A stretch of DNA of 64,000 nucleotides from NCBI GenBank assembly GCA_041660025.1, contig JBAZXD010000001.1, positions 236,162 to 300,161 on the forward strand, given 5' to 3'. Below, piece by piece: positions 1-9,140 of the stretch. The DNA is from Minisyncoccota bacterium. Lineage in GTDB: Bacteria; Patescibacteriota; Minisyncoccia; Phycocordibacterales; Phycocordibacteraceae. How positions within the stretch are numbered: the stretch's first letter is position 1; each line of letters starts with the position of its first letter. Below the pieces are notes generated by a model. The model was not told the origin of the DNA. It saw only the letters and a program-made list of their open reading frames with translations, and did no database searches. The position numbers and the translations under genes were made by a program.

Positions 1-143
1 ACGAGCGATCCGGCAAGCACGATGAGGGCGACCCATGCACCGGACACACCTAGATATTTCCCGACGATTGACCATAGGGCGTATGCAGAAGCTATGCCCG
101 ATGCCCATAGGATAAGAGTGGGGGTGAGTGCGGGTATATTCAC
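1..143 (-). CDS. partial hydrophobic membrane protein (runs off the window start)
   Basis: GTG at 143 preceded by AAGGAG on the minus strand; reads MNIPALTPTLILWASGIASAYALWSIVGKYLGVSGAWVALIVLAGSL..., open to position 1. Confidence 0.6.
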   Translation of the reverse strand, partial: MNIPALTPTLILWASGIASAYALWSIVGKYLGVSGAWVALIVLAGSL

Positions 144-278
144 GAAGTTCTCCTTGGGTTGATTGTTGGTAGGAACCGCTTATTGTTTCTGAAAGAATGA
201 AAACATGTACGAATAGCACTGTCAAGAGTTCGCGAAAGCAGGCATTAGAAGGACTTTTCTTGATATACTCGGAGCACT

Positions 279-1316
279 ATGGCGCACCAGTCCCTCTATC
301 GGATACATCGGCCCGCAACCTTTGCGGATGTGGTAGGGCAGGAGCAGGTAACGAAGCCGCTGGAAGAAGCGGCGAAGTCGAAGAAGATCGGCCACGCCTA
401 CCTCTTCGCCGGAAGTCGAGGGCTGGGGAAGACTAGCGTCGCGCGCATCTTTGCGGATGCTATCGGTTGTACCGAGAACGATTTGTATGAAATAGACGCG
501 GCGAGCAACAACAGCGTCGAGGACATCCGCGCCTTGACCGAGGGCGTGTACACTCTCCCGTTCGCCTCGCCCTACAAGGTGTACATCCTGGACGAGGTGC
601 ATATGCTCTCCAAGGGCGCGTGGAACGCATTTTTGAAGACGCTCGAGGAGCCGCCTGCACACGCAGTATTCATTCTCGCGACGACCGAGCTCGCGAAGGT
701 GCCCGAGACCGTGCAGTCGCGCTGTCAGGTGTTCGAATTCAAGAAGCCGACGCGAGCAGTACTGGCGAAGATGACCGCCGCGGTGGCGAAGAAGGAGGGG
801 TACACGCTCGCGAGTGACGCCGCCGAGCTTATCGCTCTCTTGGCAGAGGGCTCGTATCGCGATGCGCTCTCGGTCCTGCAGAAGGTGTTCGCCTCATCTC
901 CGGACAAGAAACTCTCGCGGGAGGAGGTAGAGGCGGCGACCGGCGCGCCGAAGCGCGAACACGTGCACGCGCTCATTGCCGCGCTCGCCCAGGGTGAGCG
1001 CGGCAAAGCGCTGGAGGCGATTGAGAGGGCGGCAAAGGCCGATGTGGATATGAAGCTTTTCTTGGAACTTGTGCTGGAAGCGCTTCGCGCCACGCTCCTC
1101 ATCCGCTACGCGCCGGAGCTCCGTGCCTCGCTCCAGAGCGAGCTCGGCGCGGACGAGTTCTCGGCGCTTGAAAAGTTCGCAGCGGGGAAGGATATCACGC
1201 ACGCGACGATGCTCGCCTTCCTCACCGCCGCCGAGCGCATCCGCTACGCGCCCATCCCCGCGCTCCCGCTCGAACTCGCCGTCTTGGAACTCTTTCCTGA
1301 CGGGGAGGAAAAGTAG
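279..1316 (+). CDS. dnaX: DNA polymerase III subunit gamma/tau (short, gamma-like)
   Basis: SLYRIHRPATFADVVGQ, Walker A GSRGLGKT, EIDAAS, DEVHMLS, KTLEEPP, SRC motif. Confidence 0.97.
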   Translation: MAHQSLYRIHRPATFADVVGQEQVTKPLEEAAKSKKIGHAYLFAGSRGLGKTSVARIFADAIGCTENDLYEIDAASNNSVEDIRALTEGVYTLPFASPYKVYILDEVHMLSKGAWNAFLKTLEEPPAHAVFILATTELAKVPETVQSRCQVFEFKKPTRAVLAKMTAAVAKKEGYTLASDAAELIALLAEGSYRDALSVLQKVFASSPDKKLSREEVEAATGAPKREHVHALIAALAQGERGKALEAIERAAKADVDMKLFLELVLEALRATLLIRYAPELRASLQSELGADEFSALEKFAAGKDITHATMLAFLTAAERIRYAPIPALPLELAVLELFPDGEEK

Positions 1317-1346
1317 TGGTAGAGTTTCTTTGTGCGGTATATCCTT

Positions 1347-1417
1347 TGGGGGATCGTCTAACGGTAGGACATGGGCCTTTGAAGCCCAGTATCTTGGTTC
1401 GATTCCAAGTCCCCCAG
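1347..1417 (+). tRNA. tRNA-Gln(TTG), CCA not encoded
   Basis: Acceptor TGGGGGA/TCCCCCA; anticodon arm TGGGC-CT-TTG-AA-GCCCA; T arm CTTGG-TTCGATT-CCAAG. Confidence 0.95.
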
Positions 1418-1510
1418 CCGATTTTTAAGCGTAAAAATCGCGTCGAAAATGTGCTCATTTCGACGAAGGTTTTTTGAGGCAGGTTCGGACTCCGAGGAGG
1501 TTAAACCTGT

Positions 1511-2236
1511 ATGAGTAAAACACAACAATCGCAAAATGATCTGAAAAAGCATCTGGATGAGCAGTTGCATTTTCTGCGTACGTCTGCTGATTCGTATGAC
1601 GCGGGTTACGAAGCCGAAGCAAAGCGTTTGGCTGTAATAATTAGAGTTTTACTTCATGACACTGCGCTAAGTACATCTTTGCTGTCACAACTTGGGCTCA
1701 AGGATAGTCTAGATTTCTACGATTCTGGAATAGTTGAAGGTCCGGGTGTTGCAATAGGTGGTGGCGCATCCCTCGTGGTTATACCTGGCGGTGGCGGGAA
1801 TGCAATCCCATTTTTTGACGATTCTCCCCCTGGAACTAATGGTTATGTAAAATTTACAAAGTATTGGGACAGACCAGTTTTGGAAACTAGAGAAAAACAC
1901 TTCACAAGGAAGGAATTGGTCCTGAGTGTTGCAAATGGAGATGGAGGAGCACATGTTGATCCTGAGTTGGACGAGGAGTACGCAAATCTTTCGCGTAATG
2001 ATGCATTTGGGTGGAAAGCTGGTACCTCTGAGACTGGAATGTCTCCAGTTGGGATAGTCGAGTTGGCTTCTATTAGGCAAATTGCTCATGAGATACTGAG
2101 GACTCTAATCCCAGACTATCCACAGAAAATGCTCCCCAGGACGGGACTGGGCCTCATGTTCCCTAGAATTATTGCTATTAAAGTTGATCCGGAAGATAAA
2201 AAAAAGGACCAAAACAGTCAATCCGAAGAGGGTTAG
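1511..2236 (+). CDS. hypothetical protein, AT-rich accessory gene (possible HEPN-like fold)
   Basis: 241-aa ORF directly downstream of tRNA-Gln; motifs EAKRLAVIIRVLLHD and RKELVLSVANGDGGAHVD; GAGGAGG upstream. Confidence 0.8.
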   Translation: MSKTQQSQNDLKKHLDEQLHFLRTSADSYDAGYEAEAKRLAVIIRVLLHDTALSTSLLSQLGLKDSLDFYDSGIVEGPGVAIGGGASLVVIPGGGGNAIPFFDDSPPGTNGYVKFTKYWDRPVLETREKHFTRKELVLSVANGDGGAHVDPELDEEYANLSRNDAFGWKAGTSETGMSPVGIVELASIRQIAHEILRTLIPDYPQKMLPRTGLGLMFPRIIAIKVDPEDKKKDQNSQSEEG

Positions 2237-2382
2237 AACGGTAAAATAAAAAGTAATCAAAAAAGCCTTGCGGGGCTTGGCGGTATAATGTTCGAGACCG
2301 ATGAGGTCAGCCAAGTCGAGCTAGGTTATCGCGCACGAGATACGTTGCTTAACAAAGTCAGTGAAAGAGATATAATTGACTT

Positions 2383-2889
2383 GTGGATACAATCATACAA
2401 CTAACCCTTGGTCAGGTCTTGGGAGGGACAGCTTTTTTGATAACGTGTGTAGGTCTCCTCCAGTGGCTGATATCTAATTGGCTCAAAATAAGACTAGAAC
2501 AATCAATTAGACATGAGTATGATAAACAGCTTGAAGAGTATAAATTTGCGATTTCGAAACGAGACAGAATTGCGAACATCGCATCCTTCTTTTCGCTATG
2601 GATAAAGTATAGAGGACATGAAAGAAAATGGCTGAATGACAGGGATTTGATTGACTACTATAGAGAGCTCACTCAAATGTCTTTTGAACTAGCATTATGG
2701 GTTGATGATGAGGATCTCTTAAAAGAGGTGATGAAGCGGCTAAAGAATGAAGATGGTTCAGAGAATACAGTCGAGTTATTACTTAGGGCGAAAGGATTGA
2801 TTAGTGAAAACAAAAATTCTACGTTAGGGGCCGACAATATTACTATATGGCCTGCCGACATTAAATTCATTGAAGAGGGGCCAAAATAA
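2383..2889 (+). CDS. hypothetical protein with an N-terminal TM helix, AT-rich
   Basis: 168-aa ORF with GTG start; hydrophobic residues ~10-33 followed by a helical charged region. Confidence 0.7.
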   Translation: MDTIIQLTLGQVLGGTAFLITCVGLLQWLISNWLKIRLEQSIRHEYDKQLEEYKFAISKRDRIANIASFFSLWIKYRGHERKWLNDRDLIDYYRELTQMSFELALWVDDEDLLKEVMKRLKNEDGSENTVELLLRAKGLISENKNSTLGADNITIWPADIKFIEEGPK

Positions 2890-2967
2890 AAGTTCAAGAC
2901 GCATATCAAGGTACTTTTTGCAGTAAGAGCTTTAGGCTCTCACTGCAATTTTTGGTATAATCCCTCT

Positions 2968-3333
2968 ATGAAAATCTTTGTTGCCCATTCGAGCAATTTC
3001 GACTTTAAGAATAAGCTCTACGCCCCGCTCCGTAGTTCCGCGCTCAATACCGAGCATGAGATACTTCTCCCTCAGGAAGGGGAGATTGAAGAGATTACGC
3101 GGGAAATGATTAACGGTTGTGACGCAGTCGTGGCGGAGGTATCAGCGCCCTCACTCGGCGCCGGTATCGAGATCGGCTGGGCAGACGCCGCCGGCGTCCC
3201 GGTCATCGCTCTGTACGAGAAGGATGCGCACCCGTCATTCTCTATCGATAATGCCGTCACCGATCGTTTCGCATATGAGAACGCGGACGATATGCTCGAG
3301 AAGCTAGAAGCCGCTCTCAAAGAACTTCAATAA
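2968..3333 (+). CDS. nucleoside 2-deoxyribosyltransferase/RCL-like protein
   Basis: CDAVVAEVSAPSLGAGIEIGWA...PVIALY matches the Ndt-family G-x-x-x-E-x-G-x-A motif; TGgTATAAT lies 6 nt before the ATG. Confidence 0.75.
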   Translation: MKIFVAHSSNFDFKNKLYAPLRSSALNTEHEILLPQEGEIEEITREMINGCDAVVAEVSAPSLGAGIEIGWADAAGVPVIALYEKDAHPSFSIDNAVTDRFAYENADDMLEKLEAALKELQ

Positions 3334-3357
3334 ACTTGGAAGTCGAACTTCCAAGTT
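3333..3357. repeat. 25-bp REP-like palindrome AACTTGGAAGT-CGA-ACTTCCAAGTT
   Basis: Perfect 11-bp arms with a 3-nt loop; degenerate copy at 5157-5181. Confidence 0.75.
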
Positions 3358-3394
3358 AGAAACGTGCGGGCAGATTCGGGAGTTATCACAGGGT

Positions 3395-3703
3395 ATGAGC
3401 AACAATCCATTTTTAAATGCCTTTGCGGCGACGGCGTATATCACCGGTATCGCGCTCGCGATGCGGTATGGGCCTAAGGGGCCCGGTGTGGACAGCAGTT
3501 TCATCGCGCCCATTGCCTTCCTCTCCCTCTTCGTTCTCTCCGCCGCGCTGATGGGCTACCTCTTCTTCTACCAGTCCGTCCGGCTCTTGATCGAGGGGAA
3601 ACAACAGGAAGCGGCGAAGTTCCTGTTCACGACCGTGGCGGTGTTCGCCTGCATCACGGGTGCATTTCTCATTGTGTGGCTTATCATCAGCACTCTGCTC
3701 TAG
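3395..3703 (+). CDS. small 3-TM membrane protein
   Basis: 102 aa with three hydrophobic segments. Confidence 0.75.
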   Translation: MSNNPFLNAFAATAYITGIALAMRYGPKGPGVDSSFIAPIAFLSLFVLSAALMGYLFFYQSVRLLIEGKQQEAAKFLFTTVAVFACITGAFLIVWLIISTLL

Positions 3704-3739
3704 GAAGTAAGGGTCAGCTCGGTAGGTTATAATCGAATT

Positions 3740-4099
3740 ATGAACGAAGGGAAACCGAAAGATGAAAAAGTCGTTGACCTTACCGAACGTCAAAGGCAGG
3801 AAATGAATGCGAACAGACGGAAAAGTATAGAAATAACGTCCGAAGGGAGAATCCGGTATCCAGAAGAAGTCCTCGGGATAACGACACGTCAGGCAATAGA
3901 GATCGCCAAAAGGATCGTTGAAGACACTATTGATCTGGATGAGTCGAAGATTGCTTCACAGCGTGAATATATTTCCCTGTCTTCTGTTGGAGAAATACTT
4001 AAGGCGCTTGAACGTTATGAAAAATCCCCTGAATTGTATTCAAGAGAATATGCGCGTGCCATCGCTGAAGAATTAATGAAAAGGTTTCCAGCAAAATAA
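3740..4099 (+). CDS. hypothetical protein
   Basis: 119-aa charged ORF; TATAAT 6 nt upstream of the ATG. Confidence 0.7.
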   Translation: MNEGKPKDEKVVDLTERQRQEMNANRRKSIEITSEGRIRYPEEVLGITTRQAIEIAKRIVEDTIDLDESKIASQREYISLSSVGEILKALERYEKSPELYSREYARAIAEELMKRFPAK

Positions 4100-4107
4100 G
4101 GCTCTCT

Positions 4108-4136
4108 AAACGGCTCAGACCCCGTCTGAGCCGTTT
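4108..4136. repeat. 29-bp palindrome AAACGGCTCAGAC-CCC-GTCTGAGCCGTTT, copy 1
   Basis: Identical or near-identical copies at 5128, 38858 and 62327. Confidence 0.9.
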
Positions 4137-4276
4137 GAAACGCTCAGTTTTTATTTATGCGGCTTGATTCCATAGATAAAGAAACACTTGTCTTTTATGA
4201 AAGAAAGTTTATAGTGTGTCCAGGCCGCTGTGTGTAGTGGCAAAGATAACGTAGGAATAACCAAAAGGAGCACTGC

Positions 4277-5059
4277 ATGACACCAGAAAACCAGCAAAAT
4301 AAGGAGACAGGCTCCAAACACGTCGATATGGGGGTCGTCTACGACGCCTTTTCGGAGGCGTTCAGGGAGGCTGACCAACTGCCGACGTGGCGGTTCGCCG
4401 GGAAGCCGGCTATGGAGAAACTGCTGGGAGCCTCTTTCGGTTCCAACGCACGTTTCTTGGACTTGGGGTCCGCGAGCGCGCGCGTTGAGGCGGGAGTTCT
4501 GCTTCCCGCTGGCGTGCGTCCCGAAGAGATCACCGGCGTCGAGATTAGCCCGGAGCAAGTGGGGATGGCGAAAGCCCGAATCCCCGGGGCTATCTTCTTC
4601 GTGGGAGACATCACAGATGTGTCGTTGCTGTCTGACCAGTCGGGCGAGTACGACGTGGTGTTCTCGCATATGGTGTTCGAGCACCTCGACGATGCCCAGC
4701 TCGCATTGGCGTGCGCGAACGCATTCCGGCTCCTCAAGTCGAAAGGGACGTTCGCGTTCGTGGTAACCCATCCGGACAAAATGACCGACACGGAAGGGAA
4801 CCTGGTCACGACGTTCGGCGCATTCAAAACGACGGCGCCCTGGGGAGGCGAACTCCACAATTGGCGCAGGAGCGTCGAACAGACGCTCGATATCGTTGAA
4901 GGCGCGGGGTTCCAGTTGGAACTGGTCGAAGGAGTCCAGTTTCCTGAAGAACCGCCGGCTGATTTGAAGGCGGAGGACCTCGCAGCATTTCGCGAAGCGT
5001 CCAAGAAGTATCGAAAATATCCGGCCATCCGGCTCGCGGTAAAAGCAACAAAACCATAG
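4277..5059 (+). CDS. class I SAM-dependent methyltransferase
   Basis: FLDLGSASA motif I-like, GVEISPEQV, GDIT, YDVVFSHMVFEHL, LLKSKGTF; SD AAGGAG. Confidence 0.85.
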   Translation: MTPENQQNKETGSKHVDMGVVYDAFSEAFREADQLPTWRFAGKPAMEKLLGASFGSNARFLDLGSASARVEAGVLLPAGVRPEEITGVEISPEQVGMAKARIPGAIFFVGDITDVSLLSDQSGEYDVVFSHMVFEHLDDAQLALACANAFRLLKSKGTFAFVVTHPDKMTDTEGNLVTTFGAFKTTAPWGGELHNWRRSVEQTLDIVEGAGFQLELVEGVQFPEEPPADLKAEDLAAFREASKKYRKYPAIRLAVKATKP

Positions 5060-5127
5060 GCTCAAAAGGCCGCGGACTCAGACGGCGCTTCCGAGCGCCG
5101 TTCTTTTTTAATCCGCCTACTACCATC

Positions 5128-5156
5128 AAACGGCTCAGACCCCGTCTGAGCCGTTT
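5128..5156. repeat. 29-bp palindrome, copy 2 (followed by a degenerate 25-bp palindrome at 5157-5181)
   Basis: Exact match to copy 1. Confidence 0.9.
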
Positions 5157-5200
5157 AACTTGGAAGCGAACCCTTTAAGTTTTACTGATACAATCAGGTT

Positions 5201-5539
5201 ATGGCGACATACGAAGAGTTCCAGAAGATTGATATACGGGTGGGAAAGATTATCGAGATACAGGATTTCCCCGAAGCACGGAAGCCTGCGTATAAGTTAA
5301 AGATCGATTTCGGCTCCGAGGTAGGACTGAAGCAGTCAAGCGTCCAAGCAGTTGGCGCGCATACGAAGGAGGAGCTGTTGAACTCTCTTGTGTGTTGTGT
5401 GGTGAACTTTCCGCCCAAACAGATCGGCCCGTTCACGTCTGAGGTGCTCACGCTCGGTTTTATGAATAACGCGGGTGCTGGCTGGGTGCTTATCGAGCCC
5501 AAGAAGGGCTCGGTAGATCTGGGGAGCAGGCTCGCCTGA
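5201..5539 (+). CDS. csaA: CsaA-like tRNA-binding/export chaperone (OB fold)
   Basis: FQKIDIRVGKI, FPEARKPAYKLKIDFG, VVNFPPKQIGPFTSEVLTLG. Confidence 0.9.
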   Translation: MATYEEFQKIDIRVGKIIEIQDFPEARKPAYKLKIDFGSEVGLKQSSVQAVGAHTKEELLNSLVCCVVNFPPKQIGPFTSEVLTLGFMNNAGAGWVLIEPKKGSVDLGSRLA

Positions 5540-5547
5540 ATTAGGAT

Positions 5548-6060
5548 ATGAAGTTTATCAGCATCAACGGAAGTACCTGTTCGGGGAAGAGTAGTGTCAT
5601 CAAAGAGGTCTTGAAACAGAGAGACCACCTCTTTTATTTATCCTATGATGCCGTGAAGTGGTCGTTCTCTCACTATTCTCCGGATACGCACTTTAAAGAC
5701 GTGCATACGGTGATGCTCGCTATGGCCGAGGCGTTATGCAAAATGCAATATGACGTCATTTCAGATTCAGGGCTATTCAAGAAGTGGAGGGAAGAATTAC
5801 TCAATATACCTCGCTCTCACGGATACGATGTCGTAGAAATCAACTTGGAGTGCGATTATGAACTGCTCGCGCAGAGATTCGATGAGCGTGTGGCGGCAAA
5901 ACTTGCGAATCCTGAGATCAGAATCTCGAATCTATCAAAAAACAGATTTAAGGAACTGAACGATACCTTTCAGAAAGAAAAAAATACCTCAGCTCTGACC
6001 TTCCGGACTGATACGCAGAGCCTTGAAGAAATTTCAGAAAGCGTACTGAAGCTCTTCTGA
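5548..6060 (+). CDS. P-loop kinase (AAA_33/nucleotide-kinase-like)
   Basis: N-terminal Walker A GSTCSGKS; kinase-like size and lid RxxxR. Confidence 0.75.
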   Translation: MKFISINGSTCSGKSSVIKEVLKQRDHLFYLSYDAVKWSFSHYSPDTHFKDVHTVMLAMAEALCKMQYDVISDSGLFKKWREELLNIPRSHGYDVVEINLECDYELLAQRFDERVAAKLANPEIRISNLSKNRFKELNDTFQKEKNTSALTFRTDTQSLEEISESVLKLF

Positions 6061-6061
6061 C

Positions 6062-6301
6062 GTGCCGTACTTTGTCTATCTGCTCGAGTGCGAGGATGGG
6101 TCTCTCTATACCGGCGTCACCACCGACGTGAAGCGGCGGTTTGCCGAACATAAAAGCGGGATAGGGAGCAATTTCACGCGGGCGAAGAAGGCGAAGCGCA
6201 TCGTGTATACGGAGGAGCACCCCGACCGGAGCTCGGCGCAGAAGCGCGAGGCCGAGATCAAGCGCTGGTCGCGCGAAAAGAAACTGGCTCTGGTACAATA
6301 A
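6062..6301 (+). CDS. GIY-YIG nuclease (YhbQ/UPF0213-like)
   Basis: YFVYLLECEDGSLYTGVTTDVKRRFAEH...AQKREAEIK. Confidence 0.9.
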   Translation: MPYFVYLLECEDGSLYTGVTTDVKRRFAEHKSGIGSNFTRAKKAKRIVYTEEHPDRSSAQKREAEIKRWSREKKLALVQ

Positions 6302-6308
6302 TTTCGAT

Positions 6309-7385
6309 ATGTCTATACAAAAGCATGGGGCGTATGCGAGCGTCGCCGTGCTCGCGCTGGTCTACACCTTCGGCTATTCAGGCCTCGTCGCGTCGGAGTA
6401 CCGCTCTCCGTCTGCCGATGCGCCCGAGAAATTCATCCCACTGCCGGAGTTCGACAAGGCCGACTACAACGCGCGTCTGCTCGCGCTCGCGCACGTGGCG
6501 ACCACGACTGAGGTCGCTTCGAGCGATACCGCCTCGGTAAGCGTGATATCTACCAGTACGCCGTCTCTCTGGCCCGTAAGCGCGGCCTATCCGAACGCGG
6601 GGGCCATCCTGCCATTCAAGCGCGTTGTCGCCTACTACGGCAACTTCTACTCCCGAGGAATGGGCGTGCTCGGCGAATACCCGACCGAAGAGATGCTCGC
6701 GATGCTCGCGAGCACGACCGCGCTGTGGACCGCCGCAGACCCAAGGACGCCGGCAGTGCCGGCCATCCACTACATCGCGGCTGTGGCGCAGGCGACCGCG
6801 GGGAAGGAAGGGAAGTACATCCTCCGGATGCCGGACGACCAGATCGACCACGCGCTCGAGCTCGCGAATCGCGTGAATGGAATTGTCTTCCTCGACGTGC
6901 AGGTGGCGCTCAGCACGCTCCAGTACGAGCTCCCGATGTTGGAGAAGTATTTGAAGATGCCGAGGGTGCATCTCGGCATCGACCCGGAGTTCTCGATGAA
7001 GCACAATGAGCGGCCCGGGACCGTCATCGGCACCTTCGACGCCGCGGACATCAATTATGCCGCGCAATATCTCGCGAACATCGTCCGCGATAATCACTTG
7101 CCGCCCAAGATCCTCGTCGTGCACCGCTTCACGCAGGATATGGTAACGAATTATAAAAATATTAAACCCTTGCCGGAGGTGCAGATAGTGATAGATATGG
7201 ACGGCTTCGGCTCGAAGGAGAAGAAATACGGGACCTATACCAGAATCGTCGCGCCGGAGCCGGTGCAATTCACGGGCATCAAACTCTTCTACAAGAACGA
7301 TACGAGGCCACCCGCCAACGGCCTCCTCTCGCCGGCCGAAGTGCTCAAACTCACTCCCGCGCCGATGTATATCCAGTACCAGTGA
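6309..7385 (+). CDS. exported hypothetical protein with an N-terminal anchor (possible TIM-barrel hydrolase-like)
   Basis: TM segment, S/T-rich linker, then VVAYYG...MGVLG, FLDVQ, HLGIDPEF, VVHRF, IDMDGFG, GIKLFY. Confidence 0.8.
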   Translation: MSIQKHGAYASVAVLALVYTFGYSGLVASEYRSPSADAPEKFIPLPEFDKADYNARLLALAHVATTTEVASSDTASVSVISTSTPSLWPVSAAYPNAGAILPFKRVVAYYGNFYSRGMGVLGEYPTEEMLAMLASTTALWTAADPRTPAVPAIHYIAAVAQATAGKEGKYILRMPDDQIDHALELANRVNGIVFLDVQVALSTLQYELPMLEKYLKMPRVHLGIDPEFSMKHNERPGTVIGTFDAADINYAAQYLANIVRDNHLPPKILVVHRFTQDMVTNYKNIKPLPEVQIVIDMDGFGSKEKKYGTYTRIVAPEPVQFTGIKLFYKNDTRPPANGLLSPAEVLKLTPAPMYIQYQ

Positions 7386-7389
7386 TTCT

Positions 7390-7881
7390 ATGAATTCAGT
7401 TCCGCAATTGCTTCACGAAGTCGTCATTACGGCTATCGTCGTGAAGGACGGGAAATATTTGATTACGCGGCGCTCACCCTTGAAGAAGCGTTTTGGTGGG
7501 ATGTGGACCGTGCCGGGCGGGAAGCTCGAGACGAGCGACTACGTGAACCTGCCGAAGGATACGAAGGACTATTGGTACAACGTACTCGAACAGGTGCTCC
7601 GCAGAGAGGTGAAAGAAGAGGTTGGACTCGAGATAAAAAATATTGAGTACGTCACGTCGCTCGCGACGATTCACGCCGACGGCGCGCCGTCGCTCGTCAT
7701 CTCCTGTATGGCGGACTGGGAGAGCGGAGAAGTCCTGCTCCAGGAAAGCGAGACCGACCAATTCGCCTGGGTGTCGCTCGAAGAAGCGAAGAAATATGAG
7801 TTGCTCGACGGTATTTACGACGAGCTCTGTATGGCCGACGCGCGTCGCAGGGGCGACAGGTCGGAGTGGAAGCGTGCTTAA
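7390..7881 (+). CDS. NUDIX hydrolase
   Basis: WTVPGGKLE...LRREVKEEVGL Nudix box (with an insertion). Confidence 0.9.
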   Translation: MNSVPQLLHEVVITAIVVKDGKYLITRRSPLKKRFGGMWTVPGGKLETSDYVNLPKDTKDYWYNVLEQVLRREVKEEVGLEIKNIEYVTSLATIHADGAPSLVISCMADWESGEVLLQESETDQFAWVSLEEAKKYELLDGIYDELCMADARRRGDRSEWKRA

Positions 7882-7910
7882 AAAGAGCGGCCGCGCAGGA
7901 GCGCGGCCGG

Positions 7911-8399
7911 TCAGTCAGAGTCAACGAACGGAAGGAAAGGATCTATTTTGAGAAAACCTTTCGCTTTCTCGCGATAGTACACATTTGTACGGAATTTCTC
8001 GCCTCGGATGAGTTGAGGGAGCCAGTGCGGGTCAGACTCAAGCATGCGTTCGAACGGGATCTTGTCGATATCGTGCCACTCGGGAATCATACTTTCGGTC
8101 TCGCGCGGTTCACCGCTGAAGTCGCTCGTGCGGTAGGTGTGCATTTCCATGTACGGCTCGCCGTTTCTATGGAAGGTAATAATTGCGACTTTCTTGGTCC
8201 TCGTCAGATCAAGGAAAATCCCGAATTCCTCTATAACCTCGCGAAAAAGGCATCCGAGAATCGTCCGGTCTCCGAGTTTCGGTTCAAATTTTCCTCCCGG
8301 ACCGTTCAACGTACCTTCGCCAATTTCAGGACTGCCTTGTTTCAAGCCGAGTAGAATTTGGTTTCCGCGTATGATGATTGCTAAGGTTACTATTTTCAT
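7911..8399 (-). CDS. NUDIX hydrolase, 8-oxo-dGTPase (MutT/NUDT1)-like
   Basis: NGPGGKFE...REVIEEFGI, ETESMIPEW, IPFERMLESD; start chosen at 8399 after GGGAG. Confidence 0.85.
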   Translation of the reverse strand: MKIVTLAIIIRGNQILLGLKQGSPEIGEGTLNGPGGKFEPKLGDRTILGCLFREVIEEFGIFLDLTRTKKVAIITFHRNGEPYMEMHTYRTSDFSGEPRETESMIPEWHDIDKIPFERMLESDPHWLPQLIRGEKFRTNVYYREKAKGFLKIDPFLPFVDSD

Positions 8400-8450
8400 A
8401 CATTTCTCCCTAGGTTGTGCGTCTGGTCGATATGGTATCATCGAGCGCAT

Positions 8451-9140
8451 ATGGAAACCAATGACACCAATAGCAAATTTTTACCAGTCGCAGTCGTCGT
8501 CGCCGGGCTCCTCATCGCGGGTGCGGTGATGTGGAACGGCTCGCGACCGGCGGGACCGACCGGTCCCGGAGCCGCACCGGCGGTCAATATTAAAGACATC
8601 AAGACGGACGGTGACCCGTTCATAGGCTCGGCGGATGCTCCCTTGACCATCGCCTTCTGGAGCGATTTCCAGTGCCCGTTCTGCAAGAACTTCGAGCTCG
8701 GTACGCTCCCGCAGATCATCGAGAATTATGTGGACACCGGTAAGGTGAAGCTCGTGATGATGGACTTCACCTTCCTCGGCAATGATTCCGTCGATGCTGC
8801 CGTCTACAGCCGCTCGGTCTGGAAGCTCTATCCGGATCAGTACTTCGCCTGGCGCACCGCGATGTACGTCGCACAGGATGAAGAAGGGGACCAGGGCTTC
8901 GGTGATGCGGCATCCATCGACAAACTCAATGCGACCATCGCCGGCATCGACGCCGCGAAGGTCGTGGCCGACGTGAAGGCGAATGAGAGTGCCTACAAGG
9001 CGGCGGCAGACGCCGACCGTGCCGAAGCGCAGAAGGCCGGCGTTAACGCGACCCCCTCGTTCGTTATCGGCACGCAGGTCATCCAGGGTGCATACCCGTA
9101 CGCGAACTTCCAGGCGGCAATCGACGCGGCGCTGAAGTAG
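8451..9140 (+). CDS. DsbA-family thioredoxin-fold oxidoreductase, membrane anchored
   Basis: DPFIGSADAPLTI..SDFQCPFC, GVNATPSF. Confidence 0.92.
   Translation: METNDTNSKFLPVAVVVAGLLIAGAVMWNGSRPAGPTGPGAAPAVNIKDIKTDGDPFIGSADAPLTIAFWSDFQCPFCKNFELGTLPQIIENYVDTGKVKLVMMDFTFLGNDSVDAAVYSRSVWKLYPDQYFAWRTAMYVAQDEEGDQGFGDAASIDKLNATIAGIDAAKVVADVKANESAYKAAADADRAEAQKAGVNATPSFVIGTQVIQGAYPYANFQAAIDAALK

Noticed and set aside
2288-2404. 38-codon ORF MFETDEVSQ... after a TATAAT box
   Set aside because: The ATG overlaps the -10 box itself, the ORF overlaps the next gene's start, and it has no recognisable similarity; not supportable.
4108-5156. Palindromic ~29-bp repeats as a CRISPR array
   Set aside because: Copies are 1 kb to tens of kb apart with genes between them; no 30-40-bp spacers and no cas1/cas2.
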